Shown here in pieces: positions 44,978 through 56,846 of a DNA stretch of 64,000 nucleotides. A program made the position numbers and the translations under genes. The stretch comes from Prochlorococcus sp. AG-679-M23 (lineage in GTDB: Bacteria > Cyanobacteriota > Cyanobacteriia > PCC-6307 > Cyanobiaceae): NCBI GenBank assembly GCA_003208875.1, contig QCUR01000002.1, positions 96,001-160,000 on the forward strand, given 5' to 3'. Within the stretch, counting starts at the first letter, position 1; every line of letters starts with the position of its first letter. Under the pieces are notes generated by a model. That model saw nothing but the letters and a program-made list of their open reading frames with translations. It was not told the origin of the DNA and made no database searches.

Positions 44978-45883
44978 ATGGAAAAACCAGTGTTTATAAG
45001 TGATGAGGTAAATTATGCATGGAATTTTTTGAATTATCCAATACACACTATTACCGCAAAACCTAAAGAAGAAAGTTCAAAATCATGTGCAATTTTGTTG
45101 ATACATGGTTTTGGAGCTTCCACAGATCATTGGCGTTTTAATATCCCTGTTTTGAGTGATAAATATGAAGTTCATGCAATAGATCTTTTGGGGTTTGGAA
45201 AAAGTCCCAAGCCAATAGATGTTCAGTATTCAAGTCATCTTTGGAAAGATCAAGTTGCAACATATGTGAAAGAAGTAATAAAAAAACCAACATTTATTGT
45301 TGGTAATTCTTTAGGTGGCTATGCATCTCTAGCAGCAAGTGCAGAACTAAAAGAATTATCTGCTGGAGTAGTTTTACTTAATGCTGCTGGAATGTTTAGT
45401 GAAGAAAAAGTATCAAATAACAGCCTTTTACAAAAATCTTTAAAAACTTTCTTTGAAACATTTTTGCGAGGCAATATTTTTCTTCAAAGAACTATATTTG
45501 AAAGCATGAGAAGAAGAGTCAATATAAAAAAAGCATTAAATAATGTTTATAAAAACCAAACTAATGTTGATGATTATCTTATTGATTCAATTAGAAAACC
45601 TTCACTTGATCCAGGTGCCTTTAACGTTTTTAAAAGTGTTTTCAATCCTGCAGGTGTCCAAGGAGAACCATTTGATAAATTATTCAAAAAGTTGAAATCT
45701 CCGCTTTTACTCCTATGGGGAGGTAAAGATCCTTGGATGAACACAGCAAGCAAAAGACTTCTTTATAAAAAATATGCTCCTGAAAATACTAAAGAAGTTA
45801 TTCTTGATGCTGGTCATTGTCCTCATGATGAAGTCCCTGAATTAGTTAATCAACATATACTTGACTGGATCGATTCTTTGTAG
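44978..45883 (+). CDS. Alpha/beta hydrolase
   Basis: HGFGASTDHWR, GNSLGG, WGGKDPW, AGHCPHDE. Confidence 0.9.
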   Translation: MEKPVFISDEVNYAWNFLNYPIHTITAKPKEESSKSCAILLIHGFGASTDHWRFNIPVLSDKYEVHAIDLLGFGKSPKPIDVQYSSHLWKDQVATYVKEVIKKPTFIVGNSLGGYASLAASAELKELSAGVVLLNAAGMFSEEKVSNNSLLQKSLKTFFETFLRGNIFLQRTIFESMRRRVNIKKALNNVYKNQTNVDDYLIDSIRKPSLDPGAFNVFKSVFNPAGVQGEPFDKLFKKLKSPLLLLWGGKDPWMNTASKRLLYKKYAPENTKEVILDAGHCPHDEVPELVNQHILDWIDSL

Positions 45884-45893
45884 AGAGATTTTT

Positions 45894-46748
45894 GTGAAAG
45901 TTAATTCCGTTGATAATAAAAAAGGTATTTATGTTTTTCAATTAGACGAAAAAAATTATATTAAATTTTGTCCTAAGAGGGGTGGGCTTATAACTAACTG
46001 GGTTTCAGAAGGGAGAGAAATATTATATTTTGATGAAAAAAGATTTATTGATAAAACAAAAAGTATCAGAGGAGGAATCCCAATTCTGTTTCCGATTTGT
46101 GGAAATCTTGATATTCCCAATTCTTTATTTGGAAAAAATTATATGCCATTTATGCAACATGGTTTTGCAAGGGATTTACAATGGCAACACTGCCTAAATG
46201 AACAAAAAAATTCTCTTTGTTTGATTTTACAAGATACTGAAAAAACAAAAACTTTTTATCCATTTAATTTTGAGCTCAAAATTGAGGTTACTTTAAAAAT
46301 TAATTGCTTAAAATTTATTATTAACATTCAGAACAAAACTAATATTGAGATGCCAGTAAATTTTGGATTGCATCCTTATTTTAATATTTCAGATTTTAAA
46401 AACTTGAATTTTATAGATAACCCACTAAATTGTCAGGATCAAAAAAATAATTTCTTGAGAAATACTTTTGACGAGTTAAAAAACATTAATAATGGAATTG
46501 ATTTACTTATGTATACCTCAGGAAGAAGTTCTTTCCGAGATAATTTTTTTAAAAGACAAGTTATTTTAATGCATCCTTCGCCTTTTGATTTGGGTGTGAT
46601 TTGGAGTGATCCTCCCAGGAAAATGGTATGTCTTGAGCCATGGACTAGTCCACGCAATTCTTTAGTTAATGGATTAAGGAAAATTTCGATTCCTCCAAAT
46701 TCCTCCCAAATATTAGATGCCTCAATACTAATAAATACTTTGAAGTAA
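45894..46748 (+). CDS. Aldose 1-epimerase / galactose mutarotase-like protein
   Basis: RGGIPILFP, QHGFAR, GLHPYF, CLEPW; GTG at 45894 preferred. Confidence 0.9.
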   Translation: MKVNSVDNKKGIYVFQLDEKNYIKFCPKRGGLITNWVSEGREILYFDEKRFIDKTKSIRGGIPILFPICGNLDIPNSLFGKNYMPFMQHGFARDLQWQHCLNEQKNSLCLILQDTEKTKTFYPFNFELKIEVTLKINCLKFIINIQNKTNIEMPVNFGLHPYFNISDFKNLNFIDNPLNCQDQKNNFLRNTFDELKNINNGIDLLMYTSGRSSFRDNFFKRQVILMHPSPFDLGVIWSDPPRKMVCLEPWTSPRNSLVNGLRKISIPPNSSQILDASILINTLK

Positions 46749-46760
46749 CTACTGATAATT

Positions 46761-48119
46761 ATGAAAGTTATAGTGATCGATGATGATCCAACAGGTTCTC
46801 AAACAGTAAATAATTGTTTATTGCTTCTGAAATGGGATTATTCTACTTTAATCAAAGGATTTCAAAGCAAATCTAATTTATTTTTCATTTTGGCTAATAC
46901 TAGGTCTTTATCAGAAAATGACGCAAAATTAAGATTAGTAGAAATTTGTAATGCCCTTAAAAAAGTTATCTCAAAGGAATCATATAAAGAGGAAATTATA
47001 TTTGTAAGTAGAGGTGATTCCACCCTTCGTGGTCATAATTTTTTAGAGCCTAAAATTATGAACGATTGTCTAGGACCTTTTGATGCTACCTTCCATATTC
47101 CAGCATTTATTGAAGGTAAAAGAATTACAATTGATGGAGACCATTTTGTTGATAATGTTCCTGTAAGTCAAACGATTTTTGCCAAAGATAAAATTTTTGG
47201 ATACAAAACAAGTAATGTCAAACAATTATTATTTCAAAAATGTAAATCTCAAATTAAATTTAATGATATTCAAAATTTAAAAATATCCGAATTAAAAATT
47301 CTTGAAAGTAAAGAAAAAAATATTGTTTTTAATAAGATCAAGAATTTAAAAGAAAATTCTCATGTAATTGTTGATATTGAGAATTATGCACAACTTGAAA
47401 AGTTTTCATTATCAATAAAAAAACTAAGTAATCAAAAGAAATTTCTCTTCAGGACCGCTGCAAGTTTTATAAGTTCAATTTCTGCTGTAAAAGATAATCC
47501 TAACGAACCATTTTTTTACTCCCTTATTAGAAAAAAAAATCGTGAAAAAAAATTTCTTCCAGGATTGTTAGTAATTGGATCTTATGTAGAACTTACAACA
47601 ATTCAACTAAAGGAATTATTAGAAATAAGTGATTGTATACCAATAGAATTGGATGTTTTTGAATTTCTCAGAATTTCTAAATTAAAAAGTAATCAGGATA
47701 AATTGGTTTCGTTTAAAAACAAATTATTAAAGCAATTAAGATATATATTAAAGCAAGAAAATATTCCCGTTTTATTTACCTCAAGAAAAGAAGTTTCTCT
47801 AGCTAAGAACGATGAGCAAGTAAATTTTTATAATTCTCTTGCTTATTTTATTTCTGAATTAGTTTCAGATTTGAAAAATGAAATAGGGTATTTAGTATCA
47901 AAAGGGGGAATTACGTCAAATGTAATTCTCAGTAATGGATTTAAAGCAAATTATGTTTATTTGCAAGGACAAATAATTACTGGGGTTTCTTTAGTTACTT
48001 TTAAACTTGAAAATGATGAGAATCTTCCAATCGTGACATTTCCTGGAAATATTGGTAACCAAGATTCATTGGTAAAAGTATGGAGAATTTTAGAAAATAA
48101 AAACAATTCTTCCAATTAA
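46761..48119 (+). CDS. Four-carbon acid sugar kinase family (DUF1537)
   Basis: DDDPTGSQT, RGDSTLRGH, KGGITS, FPGNIG. Confidence 0.88.
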   Translation: MKVIVIDDDPTGSQTVNNCLLLLKWDYSTLIKGFQSKSNLFFILANTRSLSENDAKLRLVEICNALKKVISKESYKEEIIFVSRGDSTLRGHNFLEPKIMNDCLGPFDATFHIPAFIEGKRITIDGDHFVDNVPVSQTIFAKDKIFGYKTSNVKQLLFQKCKSQIKFNDIQNLKISELKILESKEKNIVFNKIKNLKENSHVIVDIENYAQLEKFSLSIKKLSNQKKFLFRTAASFISSISAVKDNPNEPFFYSLIRKKNREKKFLPGLLVIGSYVELTTIQLKELLEISDCIPIELDVFEFLRISKLKSNQDKLVSFKNKLLKQLRYILKQENIPVLFTSRKEVSLAKNDEQVNFYNSLAYFISELVSDLKNEIGYLVSKGGITSNVILSNGFKANYVYLQGQIITGVSLVTFKLENDENLPIVTFPGNIGNQDSLVKVWRILENKNNSSN

Positions 48120-49540
48120 AAATTTGAGATAATTGCTTCAGCAAAACCACTACATGATAGTGGTGTTACGTTTGGTTCCATTAAGCGTGCTAGATCGTAG
48201 GTTACTTTTTTTTCTTCAATAGCTTTACTAATTCCAGAAGTCACCAGCTTCGCTGCTTCATTCCAACCAAAATATTCAAGCATCATTACTCCACTAAGAA
48301 TTACCGAACCCGGATTAATTTTGTTTAATCCTGCATGTTTTGGAGCTGTTCCATGCGTTGCTTCAAAAATTGCGGAATTATCTCCAATATTAGCTCCGGG
48401 AGCCATACCTAGGCCTCCCACAATTGCAGCAGCAGCATCAGATACATAATCTCCGTTTAAGTTCAAGGTCGCAAGAATAGAATATTCTTGAGGCCTTGTT
48501 TGAATTTGTTGGAAAATACTGTCTGCAATTCGATCATCAACCATAATGAGTTCTTTCCATTTATTATTTCCATGAGAATTTGATATTGAGGCTATTACTT
48601 CTTTTATTTCTTCGCAAATAAATGCTTTTTTATTACTTGTTAGCTTGTCATAGCCTGGTTCTATCTTTCTGGCATTATTTTCGATTGTAATTTCTGGATT
48701 TTTGTGAATATTGTCTAAAATCCAGCTTTCTCTTTCCGTAATGCAGTCTGCTCTGAATTCATTTACTGCCAATTCATATCCCCAATCTCTAAAGGCACCT
48801 TCTGTATATTTCATGATATTGCCTTTATGAACAAGAGTTACATGCTTTTTATTCCCTGATAACCTTTTTGCATGTTCTATGGCCTTTCTTATATGCCTTT
48901 GACTTCCTAACTTGCTTACGGGTTTTATCCCAATACCCGAACCGTCCGGTATTGATCTATTTTTTAAATTTTTACTATTTGGAATGACAACATTATTTAG
49001 ATGATTAATTAAATCAATACATGTATGATCATCGGCTTCCCATTCAATACCCATATAAATATCTTCTGTATTTTCTCTATAAACAATAACGTCTAAGTTT
49101 TGTGGATTTTTATGAGGACTAGGAGTCCCTGAATAGTATTTACAAGGTCTAACACAGCTATATAAGTCAAAAATTTGTCTTAAAGCGACATTTAAAGATC
49201 TAATTCCCCCTCCGATAGGAGTTGTTAATGGGCCTTTAATAGCAACTCCAAAGTGTCTTATTGCTTCAATAGTATCCTGTGGTAAATAGTTGTAAGTTCC
49301 GTATATTTCACAAGCTTCGTCGCCAGCATAGACTTTGAACCAATTTATTTTTCTTTCATCTCCATAACTTTTTTTTATTGCTTCATCAAGAACAAGTTGA
49401 GTAGCTGGCCAAATATCTACCCCAATACCGTCACCTCTTATATAAGGGACAATAGGATTATTAGGAACATTAGGCTTACCTTGCTTAAAAGTAATTAACT
49501 CTCCTTCTGTGGGTAAATTTAATTTTTCAAATTTAGGCAT
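48116..49540 (-). CDS. icd: NADP-dependent isocitrate dehydrogenase
   Basis: GDGIG, IKGPLTTP.GGGIRSLNVALRQ, VHKGNIMK, NLNGDYVSD, EATHGTAP. Confidence 0.98.
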   Translation of the reverse strand: MPKFEKLNLPTEGELITFKQGKPNVPNNPIVPYIRGDGIGVDIWPATQLVLDEAIKKSYGDERKINWFKVYAGDEACEIYGTYNYLPQDTIEAIRHFGVAIKGPLTTPIGGGIRSLNVALRQIFDLYSCVRPCKYYSGTPSPHKNPQNLDVIVYRENTEDIYMGIEWEADDHTCIDLINHLNNVVIPNSKNLKNRSIPDGSGIGIKPVSKLGSQRHIRKAIEHAKRLSGNKKHVTLVHKGNIMKYTEGAFRDWGYELAVNEFRADCITERESWILDNIHKNPEITIENNARKIEPGYDKLTSNKKAFICEEIKEVIASISNSHGNNKWKELIMVDDRIADSIFQQIQTRPQEYSILATLNLNGDYVSDAAAAIVGGLGMAPGANIGDNSAIFEATHGTAPKHAGLNKINPGSVILSGVMMLEYFGWNEAAKLVTSGISKAIEEKKVTYDLARLMEPNVTPLSCSGFAEAIISNF

Positions 49541-49725
49541 AGCACTTGATTGAATAGTAAAAAAGTCAATTAATAAAATATTTTTGTATCTTAAATTGAA
49601 ATTAAGGATATTCTTTAAAAACTAGAAATTAATTATTCAAATGTGAATAGATAATAGTTTGTTAATCAGCATTTCAACATCTTTGTTAAAAGAAAAAGAA
49701 TTTCATAAGCAAGGTTGAAGAAATT

Positions 49726-50190
49726 ATGTCAACTTCAATCAAAGGTTCATTACCGCTTATGAATGCAAGTTCAAATGTTAGCAATCTTGAAATAGCTAAT
49801 AAGGTAGCTACTACTGCTGCATTATTTCGTAAATATTTCCCAGATGCGAGTGTTAATTTTAGTCCTTGGGATAAAGCAAATGATAGAGATTGGTTTGATA
49901 GCCTTGATTTTTCTTTCCATTTTCCAGGTTGGAGTCCAAGTATAGAATGTAGAGCAGTTTTACTTCAGTTGAGAATTGAAAATAATTGTGAAAATGGAGT
50001 ACCTAAGTTGTTAGGAATAATAATGCGCGGAATGATAATTCCTGCTGAAAGATGGAGAGTAGCTACTATTGGGGAGTGGGAGATGACGGGGACACATTTA
50101 CCTCAGCAGGAACAAAAGGATAATCTTTTTTTAGTTTGTAAAGAACTTTACAATTTATTCTCTACAACATCTACTAGTAACAAAAATTAG
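49726..50190 (+). CDS. Hypothetical protein
   Basis: 154-aa ATG ORF filling the icd-ho1 gap; no motif recognised. Confidence 0.75.
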   Translation: MSTSIKGSLPLMNASSNVSNLEIANKVATTAALFRKYFPDASVNFSPWDKANDRDWFDSLDFSFHFPGWSPSIECRAVLLQLRIENNCENGVPKLLGIIMRGMIIPAERWRVATIGEWEMTGTHLPQQEQKDNLFLVCKELYNLFSTTSTSNKN

Positions 50191-50247
50191 CTGTTTTATA
50201 TATTTTCCTTGTAGATTAAATATATGTACAATCCCGAAAATAGATAA

Positions 50248-51674
<1,427 letters not shown>

Positions 51675-52448
51675 ATGCAAATTCAAAATACCATTTTTTA
51701 TAGCCAAGAATGGCGATGGGCTAAATTTATAAAACTTTTAATTTCTCAGTTAGACAAATATCATTGCGTCGAACATAAAATAGCTTCTGATTTTTCTTAC
51801 AAAGAGTCAAGCTATGGTTCAAAAAAATCAAAAAAGAATATTAATCTTTTCACATGGGGAGCAACTCATCAAAAAAGGATTAACTTCGCAAGAGCCGTAT
51901 GTATCAATAGTCCAAATTATTCTGTTTTGAATTTTTTAATTATCCCAAAAACTTCCTATAACATTCCATTTCTAGGCGTAGATTTTGTTTCTTTACCTAC
52001 AAGTCATTTATTAGTTTTAGATTTTCAGCCATCTTTAAAAGTCGAAAATCAGTTTAATTCTGAATTACTAGAACAAATAATAAAACTTAAAAAAGCATGT
52101 CATTCATCTCTACCTGTAGCTGAAAAAATGTCTGAAGATGTAGCAACATTTTTTTCCCCAGGATTGATTTGGTCTAGATTACCAAAACAACAAGATAGTG
52201 ATAATTTGATAGAAAATCAGCTTTATGATTCATTCAAAGAATATTTGAATTTGTATCTAAAAACTCTTTTTAAAAGTGAGGAAGTTGGCCAAGGCTTACA
52301 ACAAGAGTTAATTAATGGTCAAAATGATTATTTGAAATTTAGAAGGGATAATGACCCAGCAAGGCCAATGTTATCAAGTTTATTTGGTAAAGATTTTACA
52401 GAATCCTTAATTAATAAAGTATTATTTTCTAATAATAAAGTTTTATAA
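51675..52448 (+). CDS. pebB: Phycoerythrobilin:ferredoxin oxidoreductase
   Basis: [31 protein letters not shown]; follows pebA. Confidence 0.92.
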   Translation: MQIQNTIFYSQEWRWAKFIKLLISQLDKYHCVEHKIASDFSYKESSYGSKKSKKNINLFTWGATHQKRINFARAVCINSPNYSVLNFLIIPKTSYNIPFLGVDFVSLPTSHLLVLDFQPSLKVENQFNSELLEQIIKLKKACHSSLPVAEKMSEDVATFFSPGLIWSRLPKQQDSDNLIENQLYDSFKEYLNLYLKTLFKSEEVGQGLQQELINGQNDYLKFRRDNDPARPMLSSLFGKDFTESLINKVLFSNNKVL

Positions 52449-52468
52449 TTTTGGATATTTTAGATTAG

Positions 52469-52942
52469 ATGAAAAAACAATCAGTTCTTTTTGTATGTTT
52501 AGGTAATATTTGTAGGTCTCCTGCTGCCGAAGCTATATTCCTAGATTTAATTAATAAAAAAGGATTAAATGATAGTTTTATTGTTGATTCTGCAGGGACT
52601 GGAAGTTGGCATATAGGGAAGAAGGCTGATACTAGAATGAGAATAGCGTCACGAAAAAGGGGCGTAGAAATCTTTAGTAGAGCTAGACAAATAAATCCTA
52701 ATGATTTTGAAAAATTTAACTATATAGTTGCTATGGATGATTCAAATTATGAAAATATTATTGATATGAAATCTCGAAAATCATTATCTAATTTTGCATC
52801 AATAAAAAAGATACAAAATTTCAGATCAATTTTTCAAGCAATAGAAGTCCCTGATCCTTACTTTGGAGGAGATGAGGGATTTGATAATGTACTTGATATT
52901 TTAGAAGACTCTGTCAGTGGTTTTCTAGATACTATTTATTAA
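52469..52942 (+). CDS. Low-molecular-weight protein tyrosine phosphatase
   Basis: VCLGNICRSP P-loop, DSAGT, VPDPY. Confidence 0.95.
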   Translation: MKKQSVLFVCLGNICRSPAAEAIFLDLINKKGLNDSFIVDSAGTGSWHIGKKADTRMRIASRKRGVEIFSRARQINPNDFEKFNYIVAMDDSNYENIIDMKSRKSLSNFASIKKIQNFRSIFQAIEVPDPYFGGDEGFDNVLDILEDSVSGFLDTIY

Positions 52943-52943
52943 T

Positions 52944-54476
52944 TTATTCGATTTGAATCTCTTTAGGAATATTTAAATTATAGATGTTAACAATTTTTTC
53001 TACTACTTCATTTATTGAATATCCGTCAGTAAGAAGTTCAATTGCATCGTTAGCTTTTTTGAGAGGAGAAATTTTTCTTGTTGAATCCTCAAAATCTCTT
53101 TTTCTTATAAGTTCTCTTAATTGATTGAAGTCTATTTCTTCAGTCCCTCTTAAATCTAACTCTGACTTTCTTCTTTTAGCTCTTTCGTCAATACTAGCTG
53201 TAAGGAATATTTTAAGTTCTGCATTTGGAAAAACTGTTGTTCCTATGTCTCTCCCTTCAGCTACCAAGCCTCCAGATTGGCCAATTTTTCTTTGCTCATA
53301 AACCAAAAATTCTCTCACTTTTTTTATTGATGAAATTTTAGAAACAATAGAACTTATTTCTTGTGAACGAATTTCTTCAGTTACACAAAAATTATTTATA
53401 AATACATCTTGCTGAGAAATAGAATTTGACTTAAAAATAATAGAAATGTTATTAAGAATCTTTTTTAATTCTGACTCTTTAGCATAATCAATCTTTTCTT
53501 TTTTAAAGAGCCAACTTATTGCTCTATACATTGCTCCAGTATCTAGATATAAAAGATTTAACTCCTTGGCAATTAACTTTGTTATGGTACTTTTCCCTGA
53601 ACCAGCTGGCCCATCAATTGCTATAATTGGCTTTCTTTTCATAAGAAAAACGTGATCAATTAATCTTGTTTTTCCACATTTTATCGCACCTGCTAAAATT
53701 GAAATATTATCGTTTGCTTGAACTTTTTTCAAGCTGTAGGGATGTAAATGTTCTAAATATTCAATTGAAATATTTTTTGATTTGAGTTTGTTTATTAGTT
53801 GTTTTAAGTCAATCTTTTTATCCTTTTTAAAAATTATTTTTGCATTTTCTAGTTCATTTGAGAATAATTTAAGAGTTTTCCTTTCATTTTTAGATAAATG
53901 CTTATTGCGCGAACTAAATGGGACCCCATCAGAGTCTCTTTGAGTAGGAACAGGGATAATTTTGATGTTGAATTTTTTTTCTTCTATAAGGTGTTTTATT
54001 ATTAATAGTTGTTGCCAGTCTTTTTCTCCTAAAAAAAGATTTTTGGGTTGTATGAGTTTCAGTAATCTATAAACAACAGTGCAAACCCCATCAAAATGTC
54101 CCACCCTTGAAAGCCCACATAGAGCTGAAGATAATTCTTTAGAGGCTTTCAAATAACTTATCCTTTTATTCTTTTTGGGATAGATATCAGTTACATTTGG
54201 AATAAAAATTGCATCTGCCCCATTGGAAAAAGCAATTTCAATATCTTTATCAACAGTTTTGGGGTAGCTTTTAAGGTCTTCTTTGCTATCAAATTGAAGT
54301 GGATTAATAAAAATACTTAATAAGTTTGTATTGCAATTTGAACTTTTTGCAGTTGATATTAATTTTTGATGACCATAATGAAGATTACCCATAGTTGGGA
54401 TAAAGTTAATATCACTTTTGAGATTTCGTCTCCATTCTTTAAGCTCTTCTGTTTTTCTTATTATTATTTTGTTCAC
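52944..54476 (-). CDS. panC/cmk: Bifunctional pantothenate synthetase / cytidylate kinase
   Basis: PTMGNLHYGH, GEKDWQQ, SSRN, RLIDH, then IAIDGPAGSGKST, DTGAMYR, EGRDIGT. Confidence 0.96.
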   Translation of the reverse strand: MNKIIIRKTEELKEWRRNLKSDINFIPTMGNLHYGHQKLISTAKSSNCNTNLLSIFINPLQFDSKEDLKSYPKTVDKDIEIAFSNGADAIFIPNVTDIYPKKNKRISYLKASKELSSALCGLSRVGHFDGVCTVVYRLLKLIQPKNLFLGEKDWQQLLIIKHLIEEKKFNIKIIPVPTQRDSDGVPFSSRNKHLSKNERKTLKLFSNELENAKIIFKKDKKIDLKQLINKLKSKNISIEYLEHLHPYSLKKVQANDNISILAGAIKCGKTRLIDHVFLMKRKPIIAIDGPAGSGKSTITKLIAKELNLLYLDTGAMYRAISWLFKKEKIDYAKESELKKILNNISIIFKSNSISQQDVFINNFCVTEEIRSQEISSIVSKISSIKKVREFLVYEQRKIGQSGGLVAEGRDIGTTVFPNAELKIFLTASIDERAKRRKSELDLRGTEEIDFNQLRELIRKRDFEDSTRKISPLKKANDAIELLTDGYSINEVVEKIVNIYNLNIPKEIQIE

Positions 54477-54573
54477 TTTGTTTTAAAAAATAAATCTATT
54501 TAATAAATAATTACTGGACAAAAGCAATCTACGGAGGAATATCTATATAAGAGGATTCTATCATTTTTATTTT

Positions 54574-55617
54574 ATGGATTACAAAACATCAGGAGTTGAC
54601 ATAAAAGCTGGAAGAGAATTTGTCTCAGAGATAAAGCAATCTGTCGAATCAACATATACATCTAATGTTTTGGAGGGGATTGGAGGATTTGGCGGTTTAT
54701 TTAAAATCCCTCTTGAGGGTTTAAAAAAACCCGTCTTAGTATCAGGAACTGATGGTGTTGGCACGAAATTGGAATTAGCTCAAATCAAAAACTTTCACTT
54801 TGAAGTTGGGATTGATTTAGTAGCAATGTGTATGAATGACATTATTACAACTGGGGCAAAGCCGCTTTTTTTTCTTGATTATATTGCTACAGGGAAGCTT
54901 GAGAAAAATCAATTATTAGAAGTTATTAAAGGTATTGCGCATAGTTGTCGAGAAAATAACTGCTCTATACTTGGAGGAGAAACTGCGGAGATGCCAGGAT
55001 TTTACTCAAAGAATAAGTATGATTTAGCAGGGTTTTGCGTTGGAATAGTTGAAGAAGAAAAATTAATTAATGGCAAAAAAATATGTGAAAATGATTTGAT
55101 AATTGCATTACAAAGTAACGGAATTCATAGTAATGGATTTAGTTTAGTTAGAAAAATAATTGAAAATAATAATCAAATTGATCAGCAATTTAAAAAAAAA
55201 TATAACTTAGATTTTTATGATGAATTATTAAAACCTACAAAAATTTATTTTAAAATTGTAAATCAAATTTTATCTCAGAATATTCAAATAAAGGGAATGT
55301 CGCATATCACTGGAGGAGGAATTCCTGAAAATTTACCAAGGTGTATGTCCTCTGATTTTATTCCTTACATAGATAAGAAATCATGGAAGATTCCTGTTTT
55401 ATTTGAATTTTTAAAGGATGTAGGTCAGATTCCTGAAAAAGATTTCTGGAACACTTTTAATCTTGGGGTTGGATTTTGTTTAATAATTGATAAGAAATAT
55501 AAGGATAAGATCTTAAATATTTGTAATGCTTTTGATATATCAAGTTGGGTCCTAGGGAAGGTTCTCAAGAAAGATAATTCAAAAGAGAATAATTTTTGGC
55601 CTGAAATAATAATTTAA
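54574..55617 (+). CDS. purM: Phosphoribosylformylglycinamidine cyclo-ligase
   Basis: GTDGVGTK, GGETAEMPG, HSNGFSLVR, HITGGG. Confidence 0.98.
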   Translation: MDYKTSGVDIKAGREFVSEIKQSVESTYTSNVLEGIGGFGGLFKIPLEGLKKPVLVSGTDGVGTKLELAQIKNFHFEVGIDLVAMCMNDIITTGAKPLFFLDYIATGKLEKNQLLEVIKGIAHSCRENNCSILGGETAEMPGFYSKNKYDLAGFCVGIVEEEKLINGKKICENDLIIALQSNGIHSNGFSLVRKIIENNNQIDQQFKKKYNLDFYDELLKPTKIYFKIVNQILSQNIQIKGMSHITGGGIPENLPRCMSSDFIPYIDKKSWKIPVLFEFLKDVGQIPEKDFWNTFNLGVGFCLIIDKKYKDKILNICNAFDISSWVLGKVLKKDNSKENNFWPEIII

Positions 55618-55751
55618 ATCTTTTGAATAAAATTTTTTTGAGAAATTACAAATTAAATTTATCTACACAAATGAAAAAGTTAGGTGTAATATAATAAAAC
55701 TACCGCCGAATTATATCGGAGATTTAAGTAAGTAGATTTAACTCTAATTCA

Positions 55752-56366
55752 ATGCCCTTTGAAAATAATCAAAGAATTACACGTAGACGTAGCTCAGCTG
55801 GACCTACACCTCCTAAAAGACCAATAGGTAACAATTCAGATTTTAACGGGCGTCAAAATCAAGGCCCCCGTCCAACTTTTTTAACTTTAAGGGATCATGG
55901 AAAGGTTTTTGTTGCTGATTTACCAAATCTATCTGACGGACAATTAGCGCATATAAGTAAAGAAGCTAATGAGGTTTTAAATAGTCTTGAGAAAAGGCTA
56001 AGTGATCTTGAGAATGACTCAGGTTCTACAAATTCTGAAAATGATACTTTGATAAAAGCCTCTACTAAAAGAGATGTAACACTTAGATTTATCAAATCAA
56101 TAGAAGAAGAACAAGATCATAGAAAAAATAATCCTGCCTTAAGAGATGCTGCTTCTGAATCATTACCAAGAACTTTTCTTGAGGTTGCAAGACATAGATT
56201 ACCTGGGGCTACTTTTGATTCGCTTCTTAGAGAAGCACTTGAGGCTTGTGCGGTAGATGAGAAACCTAAGGAAAGCAAAGTTATTGATGAACCCAAAGAA
56301 TCTGTAAAAATTATGGATATACCCTCTTCTAACGCTAATCCTTCTTTTGTTGTTAATATCGATTAA
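55752..56366 (+). CDS. Hypothetical protein (disordered Arg/Pro-rich N-terminus, helical core)
   Basis: 204-aa ATG ORF; no catalytic motif recognised. Confidence 0.8.
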   Translation: MPFENNQRITRRRSSAGPTPPKRPIGNNSDFNGRQNQGPRPTFLTLRDHGKVFVADLPNLSDGQLAHISKEANEVLNSLEKRLSDLENDSGSTNSENDTLIKASTKRDVTLRFIKSIEEEQDHRKNNPALRDAASESLPRTFLEVARHRLPGATFDSLLREALEACAVDEKPKESKVIDEPKESVKIMDIPSSNANPSFVVNID

Positions 56367-56383
56367 AAATCAAAAATAAGATA

Positions 56384-56545
56384 ATGGAAGCCTATGAGCT
56401 TAAATATAATTCGATAAGTGATAAAACCAAAAAAGAATCTCGAGTTTCTCTAGATAATGAAAAGATTTTGTGTAATCACTGTAAAAGGACTGCTTCGAAT
56501 GGTATACGTTGTTTAGGTATATGTGTTGCTGATAATGACTATTAG
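56384..56545 (+). CDS. Small four-Cys protein (53 aa), below the ORF-track cutoff
   Basis: Manual translation MEAYELKYNSISDKTKKESRVSLDNEKILCNHCKRTASNGIRCLGICVADNDY*; starts 17 nt after the upstream stop. Confidence 0.75.
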   Translation: MEAYELKYNSISDKTKKESRVSLDNEKILCNHCKRTASNGIRCLGICVADNDY

Positions 56546-56676
56546 AAAGATTAATTTTAAAAAAACGATTAATAGATTCTCTTTTTTAGCTTGTTTAATT
56601 TTTTAACTCTCTTCTGAAAGAATAAAAACACAATACATTTATTATCCTAGTATCTACAAGTGATATTTCTTTATGA

Positions 56677-56846
56677 CTTGAAAGCTTTCTCAATGGGCTA
56701 TTAATGGGATAATAAAAATAGGTTCATAAAACTTGATAATTTATCAGTTAACTTATCTTCCATACAATTCAGCCTGAAGGAATTGAAATACGAAAATCGC
56801 TACGAAAAACTTCAGTTCCTTGAAAGCTTTATAGCTGATATTATCA
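56677..56846. repeat. Cluster of direct and inverted repeats 3' of tRNA-Cys
   Basis: CTTGAAAGCTTT at 56677 and 56819; TACGAAAA at 56789 and 56801; palindromes TGATAA-T-TTATCA (56734) and TGATA-T-TATCA (56836). Confidence 0.7.

Noticed and set aside
49541..49725. NtcA site upstream of icd
   Set aside because: No GTA-N8-TAC found by eye
52944..54476. panC-cmk fusion as a novelty
   Set aside because: Well-known cyanobacterial fusion
56734..56746. Fur box
   Set aside because: 6-1-6 palindrome is 2 nt shorter than the 7-1-7 Fur consensus and no iron gene is adjacent; kept only as part of the repeat cluster
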